Shown here: positions 36,201-49,445 of the stretch, one piece after another
How positions within the stretch are numbered: the first letter of the stretch is position 1
Layout of the letters: each line of letters starts with the position of its first letter
The notes under the pieces: generated by a model
Seen by the model: the letters and a program-made list of their open reading frames with translations, nothing else
Databases searched by the model: none
Told to the model about the DNA's origin: nothing
Program-made: the position numbers and the translations under genes
Assembly (NCBI RefSeq): GCF_030028105.1
Contig: NC_092383.1
Span: 96,867,604 to 96,931,603, forward strand
Source: Mobula birostris
Lineage: Eukaryota
Length of the DNA: 64,000 nucleotides
Reading direction: 5' to 3'

Positions 36201-39200
36201 CAGACCAGAAGACCATAAGACAAAGGAGCAGAAGTCGGCCATTCAGCCCATCGAGTCTGCTCCGCCATTTTATCATGAGCTGATCCATTCTCCCATTTAG
36301 TCCCACACCCTCGCCTTCTCACCATAACCTTAGATGCCTGGCTGCTCAGATACCTATCAATCTCTGCCTTAAATACACCCAATGACTTGGCCTCCACTGC
36401 TGCCCGTGGCAACAAATTCCATAGATTCACCACCCTCTGACTAAAAAAATTTCTTCGCATTTCTGTTCTGAATGTGCGCCTTTCAATCCTTAAGTCATGC
36501 CCACTCGTACAAGACTCCCTCATCATGGGAAACAACTTTGCCACATCCACTCTGTCCATGTCTTTCAACATTCGAAATGTTTCTATGAGGTCTCCCCTCA
36601 TTCTTCTAAACTCCAAGGAATACAGTCCAAGAGCGGAGAAACGTTCCTCATATGTTAACCCTCTCATTCCCGGAATCATTCTAATGAATCTTCTCTGTAC
36701 CCTCTCCAACGTCAGCACATCCTTTCTTAAATAAGGAGACCAAAACTGCCCACAGTACTCCAAGTGAGGTCTCACCAGTGCCTTATAGAGCCTCAACATC
36801 ACACCCCTGCTCCTATACTCGATTCCTCTAGAAATGAATGCCAACATTGCATTCGCCTTCTTCACCACCGACTCAACCTGAAGGTTAACCTTAAGGGTAA
36901 CCTGTATGAGGACTCCCAAGTCCCGTTGCATCTCAGAACTTTGAATTTTTTCCCCATTTAAATAATAGTCTGCCCGTTTATTTCTCCTGCCAAAGTGCAT
37001 AACCATACACTTTCCAACATTGTATTTCATTTGCCACTTCTTTGCCCATTCTTCCAATCTATCCAAGTCTCTCTGCAGACTCTCCGTTTCCTCAGCACTA
37101 CTGGCCCCTCCACCTATCTTCGTATCGTCAGCAAACTTAGCCACAAAGCCATCTATTCCATAATCCAAATCGTTGATGTACAATGTAAAAAGAAGCGGCC
37201 CCAACACAGACCCCTGTGGAACACCACTGGTAACCGGCAGCCAACCAGAATAGGATCCCTTTATTCCCACTCTCTGTTTCCTGCCAATCAGCCAACGCTC
37301 TATCCATGTATGTAACTTTCCCGTAATTCCATGGGCTCTTATCTTGTTAAGTAGCCTCGTGAATGACACCTTGTCAAAGGCCTTCTGAAAATCCAAATAT
37401 ACAACATTCACTGCATCTCCCTTGTCTAGCCTACTTGTAATTTCCTCAAAAAATTGTAATAGGTTTGTCAGGCAGGATTTCCCTTTAAGGAATCCATGCT
37501 GAGTTCTGCCTATCTTGTCATATGCCTCCAGGTACTCTGTAACCTCATCCTTGACAATTGACTCCAACAACCTGCAAACCACCGATGTCAAGCTAACAGG
37601 TCTATAATTTCCTTTTTGCTTCCTTGCCCCCTTCTTAAATAGCGGAGTGACATTTGCAATCTTCCAGTCCTCCGGAACCATGCCAGAATCTATCAACTTT
37701 TGAAAGATCATCGCTAATGCCTCCGCAATCTCCACAGCTACTTCCTTCAGAACGCGAGGGTGCATTCCATCTGGTCCAGGAGATTTATCTAACTTTAGAC
37801 TATTCAGCTTCCGGGGTACTTTCTCTGTCATAATTGTGATTGCACACACTTCTCTTCCCTGCCACACTTGATTACAATTTCTCCAGCATCATTTTCTATC
37901 GGTCCTATATCTACTCTCACCTGTCTTTTACTCTTTATATACTTGAAAAAGCTTTGAGTATCCTCTTTGATATTATTTGCTAGCTTCCTTCATAGTTAAT
38001 CTTTTCCCTCTTAATGACCTTCTTAGTTTGCTTTTGTAAGCTTTTAAAAACTTCCCAATCCTCTGTCTTCCCACTAATTTTTGCTTCCTTGTATGCCCTC
38101 TCCTTTGCTTTAACTTTGGCTTTGACTTCTCTTGTCAACCACGGTTGCATCGTTTCTCCATTCGAAAATTTCTACTTTATTGGAATAGACCTGTCTTGCA
38201 CCTTCCTCACTTCTCTCATAAACTCCAACCACTGCTGCTCTGCTGTCTCTCCCACCAGTGTCCCAAACCAGTCAACTTTGGCCAGATCCTCTCTCATGCC
38301 ACTGTAATTTCCTTTACTCCACTGAAATACCGACACATCAGATTTCAGCTTCTCTTTTACAAATTTCACAGTGAACTCAATCATGTTATGATCACTGCCT
38401 CCTAAGGGTTCCTTCACCTCAATCTCTCTAATCACCTCCGGTTCATTACACAACACCCAATCCAGTACAGCCGATCCCCTAGTGGGCTCAACAACAAGCT
38501 GTGCTAAAAAGCCATCTCGCAGACATTCTACAAATTCTCTCTCTTGAGATCCAGTGCTGACCTGATTTTCCCAATCCACTCACATGCTAAAGTCCCCCAC
38601 AATTATCATAACACTGCCCTTCTGACAAGCCTTTTCTATTTCCTGTTGTAATTTGTAGTCCACATCACTGCAGCTGTTTGGAGGCCTATATATAACTGCC
38701 ATCGTGGTCCTTTTACCCCTGCAATTTCTTAGCTCAACCCATAAAGATTCTGCTCCTTCTGATCCTATATCACCTCTTTCTAATGATTTAATATCATTTC
38801 TTACCAATAAAGCCACGTTCCCCCTCTGCCTACCTTCCTATCCTTCTGATACACCGTGTATCCTTGGACGTTCAGCTCCCAGAGACATGCATCCTTTAGC
38901 CACGTCTCAGTGATGGCCACAATATCATACCTGCCAATCTGTATCTGTACGACAAGATCATCCACCTTATTCCTTATGCTGCGTGCATTTAAGTATAACA
39001 CCTTAAGACCAGTATTTGGTACTTTTCGTTTTGATCTCACTGTAACTTTATTGCACTGCAACTCATCCCAATGGCTACAAATTTGCTCCATCACCTGCCT
39101 GTCTTTCCTGACGTCTTTACTGCTCACTATCTTAGATTTATTTCTGTTTTCCCCTTCCTCCGCTCTGTCATTCCGGTTCCCATCCCCCTGCCAAATTAGT

Positions 39201-39980
39201 TTAAACCCTCCCTAACAGCTTTATTAAACTTTCCCACCAGGGTATTGGTCCCCTTCGGGTTCAGGTGTAACCTGTCCTTTTTGAACAGGTTATACTTCCC
39301 CCAGAAGAGATCCCAATTATCCAAGAATCTGAAGCCCTGCCCCCTGCACCAGTCTCTCAGCCACGCATTCATCTGCCTGATCCTACTATTCTTGCCCTCG
39401 CTAGCACGTGGCACAGGTAGCAATCCCGAGATTACTACCCTGGAGGTCCTGCTTCTCAGCTTCCTTCCTAACTCCAGAAATCTCTCTTCAGGACCTCCTC
39501 TCTTGCCCTATCTACGTCATTGGTACCAACATGTACCAAGACAACTGGCTGCTCACCCTCCCTCTTCAGAATATTCTGGACCCGATCCGAGACATCCCAT
39601 ACCCTGGACCTGGGAGGCAACACACCATGCGGGTATCTCTATCAGGCTCACAGAATCTCCTGTCCATTCCCCTGACAATGGAATCCCCTACGACTACCGC
39701 ATTCCTCTCTCCCTCCTTCTCTCCTGCACAACAGCGCCAGGCTCAGTGCCAGAGACCCGGTCACCGTGGGTGTCCCCTGTCAGGTCATCCCCCTCAACAG
39801 CATCTAGAACAAGATATTTGTTGCTGGTGAGGACAGCCACAGGTGTGCTCTCCACTATCCGGGCATTTCCCCTCCCTCTCTTGACAGTGACCCAGTTTTC
39901 TGACCCCTGTAGCCTAGGGCTGACTACCTCCCTGTAGCTCCTGACTATCACCCCTTCACTTTACCTGATAAGCAGTAGGA
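36201..39980 (-). mobile_element. Near full-length CR1, 5'-truncated in ORF1, with a long open RT stretch
   Basis: ORF 36200-37867 (555 aa) contains all RT motifs; EN fragments at 38172-39127; esterase ORF1 fragments at 39196-39950. Confidence 0.93.
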
Positions 39981-40857
39981 CATTATACATCAATAAAAAT
40001 ATTTTAAAAATGAAAAAAAAACATGAGATTAATTCTCTTGAGGGCACACACAGTAAATCTAAGAAACACAATTGAATCAATGAAACATCGCATCCAATGC
40101 ACACAGATAGGGTCCAGCAACAACCCCTATGGGTCGAAACTGGCCATAGGCTTCCAAACACAAAAGCAACAGCCCACTATCACTCTCAGCCTCCTATTAC
40201 CAAGCTCACTTTGTAATTAATGTACCAACTTGCCTTGGATCCCAGCAGTTTAAACTTTTGGACATGCCTTCCACATCCTACTGAGGTGTAGAGAGCTCGA
40301 ATGGTCATGTGGGTGTATGAGGTCACTGGACCAGATCCTGCACAACATGGTCGCCTCCCATCTATGCTGTATTCCTGTATCGTTAATATTAAATCCCTGT
40401 TTCTGGTTCTCCTCAAATTCTAACAACTTCCTCTCCCTTAAACCCGAGACACATCCATATACTGGGAATCTTGGGCAACACACACTCCATGCTGGAGGAA
40501 CTCAGCAGTTCAGGCGGCAGGCAGCCAAATCGTTGACTATTATTCTCCTGCAGAGATGCTATCTGACATGCTGAGTTCTTCCAGCACTTTGTGTGTGCTG
40601 TTGCTCCCTTAAACCTTTCCATTTTCTCTTTCCCTTAAATCCCTGTTCTCCACTGAGTCCCACCTCAAAGCCGTTCCTCATAAAACCAATGCCACCTTGA
40701 AATCTTCTTCTGCCTTTCCGGATTTCTGGCAGAATGACAGCAGAGCCCCTCAGATTCCCTGTTGTTAATTTCACACCCTCAGTGTGAGCCAGTGTTTCTG
40801 AGTTGATCATTCCAGATGGAGAGTGGTGAGTATTTGGACACTGGGCACAGGGTCACA

Positions 40858-41352
40858 TGAAGTTCACAAGGATGATTCCAGGAATGGAAGTGTTATTATA
40901 CGAGGAACGTTTGATGGGTATGGGTCTGTACTCGCTGGAATTCAAGAAGGATGAGGGGGGATCTCGTTGAAACCTTTCGAATGTTGAAAGGCCTAGACAG
41001 AGTAGATGTGGAAAGAAAGCTTCCCATGGTGGGAGAGTCTAGGACAAGGGGGCACAGCCTCAGGATAGAGGGGTGCTCTTACAAAACAGAGATTTGGAGA
41101 AATTTCTTAGCCAAAGGGTGGTGAATTTGTGGAATTTGTTGCCACATGCAGCTGTGGAGGCCAGATCGTTGGATATATTTAAGGCAGAGATTGATACGTT
41201 CTTGATTGGACATGTCATCAAAGATTACGGGGAGAAGTCTGGGAACTGGGGTTGAGAAGGAGAGAAAAAACAACCACCATCATTGAATGGTGGAGCAGGC
41301 TTGATGGGCCAGGTGGCCTAATTCTGCTCCTATGTCTTATGGTCTTACAGTC
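40858..41352 (+). mobile_element. CR1 3' fragment
   Basis: FTRMIPGM...RGDL motif and a tcttatggtcttac tail. Confidence 0.8.
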
Positions 41353-41361
41353 TTATTCATT

Positions 41362-42130
41362 TGTAAGGGGTTTCTTCTTTTCTGTTATTACTAAGGCTAA
41401 TAAAATGGCTTCTTTGTTATGTTAAAAATAAAATGGCTTCTCTGTGATGTTAACTGCTGAGACAGTGGTTCTCTCTCTAGCAGCTTGTTTGGGTTATAAT
41501 TACTGATAACAAGAATTGTATTCATTTGCTAACCAATTGGGATAGATGTTATTCTTTCTTGTGTGTCTGTAAGCTATCGTTTTCGCGGGCTTTGGGCAGA
41601 AGGTGGATGGGGACAGAGAGAGGAGACGTGGTGATTTAAGCTGGGCCACAGAATGGACCCTGAGTGGGAGTCCGAGGCCCAGGGACTTCGGCGAGGAAAG
41701 GAGACACGGACAGACTCCAGTAGAGCGTTTGGTCGATCACCGAGGGTGGTCCTGTTCATGGGTCAGCAGAGTTCGCAGGACATCAACTGGAGGAAGGGGG
41801 ACTTGGTTCTCTAAGAGCTCCACCAATGTGTGCACAAACTGGTTAATAATAATGCAAAGATGAGGAAATCTACAGATGCTGGAAATTCAAGCAACACACA
41901 CAAGAAATGCTGCCTGGCCTGCTCCGTTCACCAGCATTTTTTGTGCGTGTTGGTTAATAATAATAGCGCCTTTTTCTTTTTCTTTTTTTAAAACTATTAA
42001 ACAGTTGTTATTTTGTTCTTTTACTATCTACATAGTCAAAGTAAGAGTTACGAAGTGTGATCATTTAATCACAGATTGTGTACTGCCTGTTATTTGGCGT
42101 GGTGGGGTACATCACAAAGCATCCACAAAA
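41362..42130 (+). mobile_element. Probable LTR, interrupted by Penelope-derived fragments (41865-41950, 42135-42225)
   Basis: Starts TGTAAG, is similar to the reverse complement of 31717-32135, and contains PLE tail motifs (gatgctgcctggcctgctg). Confidence 0.5.
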
Positions 42131-42589
42131 ACTTCATTCAACCAACACACATCAAAGTTGCTGGTCAGTGCAGCAGGCCAGGCAGCATCTCTAGGAAGAG
42201 GTACAGTCGATGTTTTGGGCCCGTTTTGAGGCGTACCAGGGGGCTACACATTTATTTATGAACTGCTGTATGAGTCGAGGGTAAATAGATCAATAATCTA
42301 CAGGGGACATGTTCCCACAAAATCTGTTCCCCTGCAGAAAGCTAGTGACAACTGTTAAACCAATATTCAATACCTACAAAGCACAGCAGGAAAGAGGGGC
42401 CAAGTTTTTGTCCTGTAGACCTCAGCCCAACGGTGGGACACGGAGGACCCCAGTATCACCCACCAGTCCATATTCAATCCCCCCTGAGAGTCTGTGCCGT
42501 TCAGCAAGAAGAAGGATCAGCGTAGACTGTAGGACACTGTCCAGGAGCTCTGTCCTCAGCCCATCCACGATGGGGTCTGGCACGGTACA

Positions 42590-42643
42590 TTACTGCTTCA
42601 CAGTCAGTGGGGTGAGTCTGCAAACTACTTCCGGACCAACAAA
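42590..42643 (-). CDS. Gene B terminal exon, frameshift-truncated (FVGPEVVCRLTPLTVKQ*)
   Basis: Acceptor ttctgttgtag paralogous to position 524; a net -1 indel relative to gene A leads to TAA at 42590-42592. Confidence 0.6.
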   Translation of the reverse strand, partial: FVGPEVVCRLTPLTVKQ

Positions 42644-43326
42644 CTACAACAGAAATCCAAGTTGTCAGTCCACAATGGGTGAGTTAAGGGAAACAGAGAC
42701 AGGACACATTGTGTCAGGGAGTCAGAGATTGGGACACCCAGAGACAGGACCCAGGAAAAGGGAGATACAGACCAGGACCCAGGGACAGGGGAATACAGAC
42801 CAGGACCCAGGGACAGGAAATACAGACCAGGACACAGACAGGGTAATACAGACCAGGACACAGGGACAGGGGAATACAGACCAGGACCCGGGGACAAGAA
42901 ATAGAGACCAGGACACAGAGACAGGGTAATACAGACCAGGACCCAGGGACAGGGAAATACAGACCAGGACACAGAGACAGGGTAATACAGACCAGGACAC
43001 AGGGACAGAGAGATACAGATCAGGACCCAGAGACAGGACCCATAGACAAGGAATACAGACCAGGACACAGACAGGGAGTTACAGAGCAGGGAACAGAGAC
43101 AGGACACAGGCAGGGAAATACAGACCAGGACATAGAGACAAGGAAAAACAGACCAGGCCACAGACAGGGAAATACAGACCAGGGTCCAGTTAGGGAGCTA
43201 CAGACCAGGATGGAGTTAGGACATGGAAGCAGGGAGATACGGAGACAAGGACTCTGGAGAGGGGAGACATTGAGAATGGGCACATCGACACATGACACAT
43301 GCACACAAAAGACCTGGAGATGCAAA

Positions 43327-46300
43327 TGACCAAGTTATCAGAAGATTCAGGCCAATAAGAAAGACAATGAGGGAACATTCAGAAATGTTAATGGGAGACG
43401 AGAGAGTTTAACGAAAGGAGGCACAGTTCCGAATATTGTCAGAGACCGGTTGCTTTGAACCTGAACTGTTTGAAGTTTGATGGACAGGCGATACCCCAGC
43501 AGGGGGATAAAAGGAACAGGTTCGCTAAGGCAACACACACACACGACACCACGAGACAACGAGACCCTGGAAGTGCGGTGTGCCCCCACAAGTTGGTGAG
43601 AGTTTTGGAGGTCTGGTCGCGGGACCAAACATAGACGCACAGGGTGAGACGGTACGATCAGCGGGAACCTGGTGTGTGTGTCCGCCCTTGCCTGGGTGCC
43701 GGGTTCACTGCAGAAGAACAATTGTATCCGGAACGGAGGGGTCACAGTCGGTGACCTCAGAAGACATTAAAAAGGGCTCGCGCCGAAAGCTAACTGCAAG
43801 GAATATCAAAGGTCTGTTGAATCCGATTTGAATATCAGCATTCACTCTCTCTCTCTCTCTCCCCAATGGCACGACGGCGATTACTGCAAACTGAAACTGA
43901 ACTGAACTCTGTGTCACTTGTGACTGATCATCTTACCCCTAGACTGCGATAGAGCTTCATTGATCCTATTATCCTAGTTCTGTGTACATGTGTGTTTTAT
44001 CATTGCTAACCTGTTGCATTTATATCCTTACTATTAGAGTACTGTGTTGCTTATTTCTTTAATAAAACTTTCTTAGTTCCAGTAATCCAGACTCCAACTA
44101 AGTGGTCCATTTCTGCTGGTTTGGCAACCCAGTTACAGGGTACGTAACATAAGTGGGGTTCTCGTCCGCGATTTTGAACGCTAAATTTGGGATGGAGTAA
44201 ATTAATTGGGTTAAAATTCCCGAAAGAAAGAAAAGACAAACAGCAGAAATGGAGATTGAGGAATTTCTAAAGGCGCCGACCTTGGAGGCATTAGAGGATG
44301 CCAGGAAAGTAGAATTGGCAGCTGTGGCCAAACGGTTGAATCTTTTTAAGGGGTAGTCGACAATGAGGAGAGAGGAGATGCACAGAGCTATCATTGAGCA
44401 TTGTGTCTAAAGGTGTGTTTCCCCAAGGGGAGCTGGAGGTGATGTCTATTGAAAAACCAGCTGGAGACGCAGTACAGGTGCAGCTTGAAAAATTGAGACT
44501 CGAGCACGAGTTCTGGGTAAGACAGCTAGAACACGAAGAGAAAGAGAAACAGTTAGAATGACAATGAGAAGAGAGAGAGAGGCAGTTGGAGCGAGAAGAA
44601 AGGCAGAGGGAAAGGGAATTCGAGCCGGAGAGGTTAAAGATAAGGGCAGAGCAGGGGCCCATGCCGAACCAAGATGGAGGGTTCAGGGCAACCCAGGAGA
44701 TTAGGCTGGTTCCCCCATTTGACGAGACCGATGTTGATCGGTACTTTCTCCATTTTGAAAAAGTTGCTGTAAGTCAGGAGTGGCCGAGGGATAAGTGGGC
44801 TGTTTTGCTTCAGAATGTACTTAAAGGAAAAGCCCAACAAGCTTACTCGGCTTTGTCCGCAGAAGATGCCCAGAGGTATGAGGTGGTGAAAGAGGCCATA
44901 CTCAGGATTTATGAGTTGGTCCCGGAGGCATACCAGCAGAGATTCTAGAATGCGAGGAAGCCATGGGACCGCACGTATTTAGAGTTTGCCCGTGAGATGC
45001 AGACATATTGTGAGCATTGGTGCGCCTCGAAGGGGGTAAATGGGGATTATGACAGACTGCTACAGCTGATCCTGATTGAGCAGTTTAAAGGTTGTGTCCC
45101 TGAAGGTATGAGACCCTACCTAGATGAGAAAGAGGCAGCCACTTTAGCCACAACTGCTAAGTTAGCGGATGAGTACGTGTTGACACATAAAACGAAGTTT
45201 GCCCCGAGTAAAGGCTACCAGAAGGGTAGTCAGGACGGCGGGGAGAGTCCGCCAGAATAGTCAGAAAGTAAGCCAGGGACTAGTGAGAAGGATAAGGTAG
45301 GCCGGGAGCAGTCTGGTAGGAAGTCTCCTGGGGTCGTATGTTATAATTGTGGGAAAGTCGGACACTTTGCGTCCAGGTGCTTTGCCCCAAAGAAGAAGAC
45401 GGGAAAGGGAAAGGCGGCAGTTCCGACTGGCTGTATTGAGCTGGTAAGCAAACCGCTAGGAGAGAAGAGGTCTGCCAAAGTTCAGGAAGGGCGCGAGAGG
45501 TTTATCTCAGCCGGATTGGTGTCGGTGAAGGAGGGGTTAAACCCAGTTCCAGTACAGATCTGGAGAGACACGGGAGCGTGTCAGTCGTTGATATTAAAGA
45601 GTGTGTTAGACTTTAGTTCAGAGACCCAGACTGGGGAGGTCAGGGTCATAAAAGGCATTGGGAAAGGGACTGAAGCAATATACGCCTAAAAAGCGACTTG
45701 GTCTCTGGACCAGTCACGATCGGGGTGAGGCCCGAACTACCGATGAAAGACGTGGAAGTCTTACTTGGTAATGACCTCGCCGGCGAGGAGGTGTACCCAG
45801 CAGTGAGATTGACAAGTCAGCCTGCCAGCATTGAGGCCTCGCCCATGGACTCACAGGTTCATCCCGTTTGCGCAGTGACTCGGTGTGTGTCCAGAAAGGC
45901 TGCCGAAGCTAATATAGATTTAGCGGAAACGTTTTTACCAGCCTTGTATCAGGGGGAGGTAGAAAGTGAAAAGAAGGAGCGTAGTGGAACAGGAGGAAGT
46001 GAGGGAGGTGAGGCAGACTTAGCAGTAGCCAGGCAGGAACTTGTACAGGGACAGGAGCGAGACGAGGAGCTGATGGTTTCGGCGGAGACAGCTCTCTCTG
46101 AAGCAGAATTAAAAAGGGAGCCAGTGGGCTATTGTGTGGAGGAGGGAGTACTAAGGAAGAAATGGAGACCAAGTACCGTGCCCGGGAATGAGGATTGGGG
46201 GGTAGTGCCAAAAATTTATGGGGATGAGATTCTTAATCTGGCCCACAAGATACCCCTCGGTGGACATTTTGGGGGGAGGAAAACAGTCGGCGGAATCATG

Positions 46301-48165
46301 GAAGAGTTTTACAGGCCACACAGGAGGAAGGATGTTATTGACTATTGTTGACGTGAGTTAACACAGTTAGAGGCTATTAACATGTTAAAAGCTCACCACA
46401 ATCAGAAAACAGATCTAGCTGGTGATATCATGGAAATTAATGAGGCTAGGGTGCCACCTGATAAGGGGAAAACCCATTTTGAAAAGATAAGTGTGGTGCT
46501 GACCAGATGGGAAAACTCTATTGTGTTGACCAACTTTGCTGATGAGTTCTCTCACTTAATCCCCAAACAAAGCGACCCGCTAAGAGAGCTAATTAACCGG
46601 CACTCACACGTATGTCTGAATGTCCCGAGGCGATGCAAAGAGCAGGGACATGGGATTGTTGTTACATCAGGTCAGCCTAGTGAGCAACACCCCTATAGGA
46701 TGATTAATTCAGTGACAAAAGGGCTAAAGAACACAGAAGTGTATATTGGCGATGTAGTGGTCTGGAGTGACACGTGGGAGGAGCACATTGTGGCACTGTT
46801 TAAATGGCTGTCTAAAGCCAGCCTGACAGTGAACCTTGCAAAAAGTGAATTCGGCCATGGAAAAATCACTTATCTGGGATTTGTGGTAAGACAGGGGCAG
46901 CTGGCTCCGATGCAAGCTAAGGTGAGGGCTATCTCTGAAGTCCCCACCCCAACAGACAAGAGAGCCCTGAGAAGGTTCTTGGAGATGGTGGGGTACTATC
47001 GGAAGTTTTGCAAAAAAAAACTTTGCGGATATTACCTACCCTCTTACTAAGCTCTTGCCAAAGAATGCTAAGTTGGTATGGGACGACCCTTGTTATCTTG
47101 GTCCGGGACAAAAACCACTGAGAAGTTACACTGATCACAACTCATTAGTGTTTTTGGCCACTATGAAGCTTGCTAAGTTGGAGCCTGGTTTTAGAGGATT
47201 ATTAAAATAACACATATAAAAGGAACGGAAAATGTGATTGCTGACTGTCTGTCAAGGTGTTGACAACTTAAAGTTCTTTGTATTAGCCAAAGAGCTGATG
47301 AGCGTGTATACTTGTGTGTATCTAATAGTGTATTCATGCCAATCCTTTGAAGGGTAGGGGTGTGACCAAGTTATCAGAAGATTGAGGCCAATGGGGGAAC
47401 ATTCAGAAATGTTAATGGGAGACGAGAGAGTTTAACGAAAGGAGACACAGTTCCGAGTATTGTCAGAGACCGGTTGCTTTGAACCTGAACTGTTTGAAGT
47501 TTGATGGACAGGCGATACCCCAGCAGAGGGGTAAAAGGAACAGGTTCGCTAAGGCAACACACACACACAACACCACGAGACAACGAGACCCTGGAAGTGC
47601 GGTGTGCCCCCACAAGTTGGTGAGAGTTTTGGAGGTCTGTCACGGGACCAACCATAGACGCACAGGGTGAGGCAGTATGATCGGCGGGAACCTGGTGTGT
47701 GTGTGTCCGCCCTTGCCTGGGTGCCAGGTTCACCGCAGAAGAATGATTGTATCCGGAACGGAGGGGTCACAGTCGGTGACCTCAGAAGACATTAAAAAGG
47801 GCTCGCGCTGAAAGCTAACTGTGAGGAATATCAAAGGTCTGTTGAATCTGATTTGAATATCTCTCTCTCTCTCTCTCCCCAATGGCACGACGGCGATTAT
47901 TGCGAACTGAAACTGAACTGAACTCTGTGTCACTTGTGACTGATCATTTTACCTCTAGACTGCGATAGAGCTTGATTGATCCTATTATCCTAGTTCTGGG
48001 TACATGTGTGTTTTATCATTGCTAACCTGTTGTATTTATATCCTTACTATTAGAGTACTGTGTTACTTATCTCTTTAATAAAACTTTCTTAGTTCCAGTA
48101 ATCCAGACTCCAACTAAGTGGTCCATTTCTGCTGGTTTGGCAACCCAGTTACGGGGTACGTAACA
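43327..48165 (+). mobile_element. Gmr1-like Gypsy LTR retrotransposon, internally deleted (LTRs 43327-44149 and 47361-48165)
   Basis: Paired ~0.8 kb LTRs; tRNA-Pro-like PBS at 44154-44172; SCAN-like gag; CYNCGKVGHFASRC knuckle at ~45339; DTG protease at 45567; integrase HH motif (AHKIPLGGHFG) upstream of the RT remnant; PPT at 47349-47360. Confidence 0.92.
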
Positions 48166-49059
48166 CAGACCAGGGCCCAGTTAGGGAGCTACAGAGCAGG
48201 ACGGAGTTAGGATATGGAAGCAGGGAGATACAGAGACAAGGACTCTGGAGAGGGGAGACATTGAGACTGGGCACATCGACACATGACACAGGGACACAAA
48301 AGACCTGGACATGCAAAGCGACACACAATGATGGAAACTCGGATCACCCAGTCAGCACCAATCAACTGTCAAACAATGATACTAACCTAACATCAGCATG
48401 GCCTCATTCTCAGTGCATTCTGAATGAACTCACACACTGCCCATCGACACGAATATTAAATCCATGACTGATCATCAGAAATGCACATACTACTGGGCAT
48501 AACTGCATGTATAGGGACAGGGTAACCCAGTGACTGGGAGTGTGGGGACAGGGTACCCCAGTGACTGGGAGTGTGGGGACAGGGTATCCCAGTGACTGGG
48601 AGTGTGGGGGTGAATGTACCTCAATGACTCGGTGTGTTGGGGATCGTGATTCGCAGTGACAGGGTGTGGAGCTGGTGTCAGTGTACCCCAGTGACTGGGA
48701 CTGTGTGGGACAGTGAACCCCAGTGACTGGGTATGTGGGGACAATGCACTCAGTGACTGTGTGTGCGTGTGTGTGTGTATATGCGGAGTGGACAATTGCT
48801 GTTAGATCTGCCTGACCAGGCCTGGAGATCACTGAGGCAAAGTTTCAGTTGACTCCTCAGTGGTATGTGGGATCTTGCTGTGCCTCCGTGTGTGCGCTGC
48901 TGAGTTCCGCAGTGGTGGTTGGAACGATCTCCGGTGACGGGGACCTGTGGTTGATCCTGGGATTCTGCAGATTACATGTAGGCCTTATGTTCAGTCTGCC
49001 CCGAGGAGGGTGAGTGACCCGGAGTGGCCTCTTTCCAGGGGTAACGTGTCTGTCATTAC

Positions 49060-49148
49060 CCTGTCATTCCCCTTGGGGGGCTGCCAGACACTGCGATTCT
49101 TCTTCATCCACTGAAGATCTGTGTAAATGATGCCCGTCTCCAGTCGGT
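49060..49148 (-). CDS. Gene B cytoplasmic exon, ITIM IIYTDL
   Basis: 89 nt paralog of 1792-1880; (D)RLETGIIYTDLQWMKKNRSVWQPPKGNDR. Confidence 0.8.
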
Positions 49149-49310
49149 CTGTGGGACAGAAAGCAGAGGTGACAGGATCTGTACTGAAACCATTTCCACT
49201 TTACCCCATCTAACCCCTCTCTCCCACCCCTGTTGTCACCCCCCTGCCCATCCCCTCTCTGTTCCTCCCCCAAATACCAGACTCAACGACAGGGTGTCAG
49301 ATCCACTCGC

Positions 49311-49445
49311 CTTCAGTCCCTGAAGTTACTTCCCTTCCCTCAGGTCCTCTCCTCCGTGTGACCGTGAGGAACACAGTGAGAGCAGAGATCAGGAGGGTCC
49401 TCACCACGAACAATCTGATCACCAGGGTCACTGAATATGGCACTG
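49311..49445 (-). CDS. Gene B transmembrane exon
   Basis: 135 nt; VTLVIRLFVVRTLLISALTVFLTVTRRR; donor GAAG|GCGAGT. Confidence 0.83.

Noticed and set aside
42625-43161. Long hydrophobic ORFs over the GA-rich array and the solo LTR at 27550-28096
   Set aside because: Low-complexity repeat translations, not genes.
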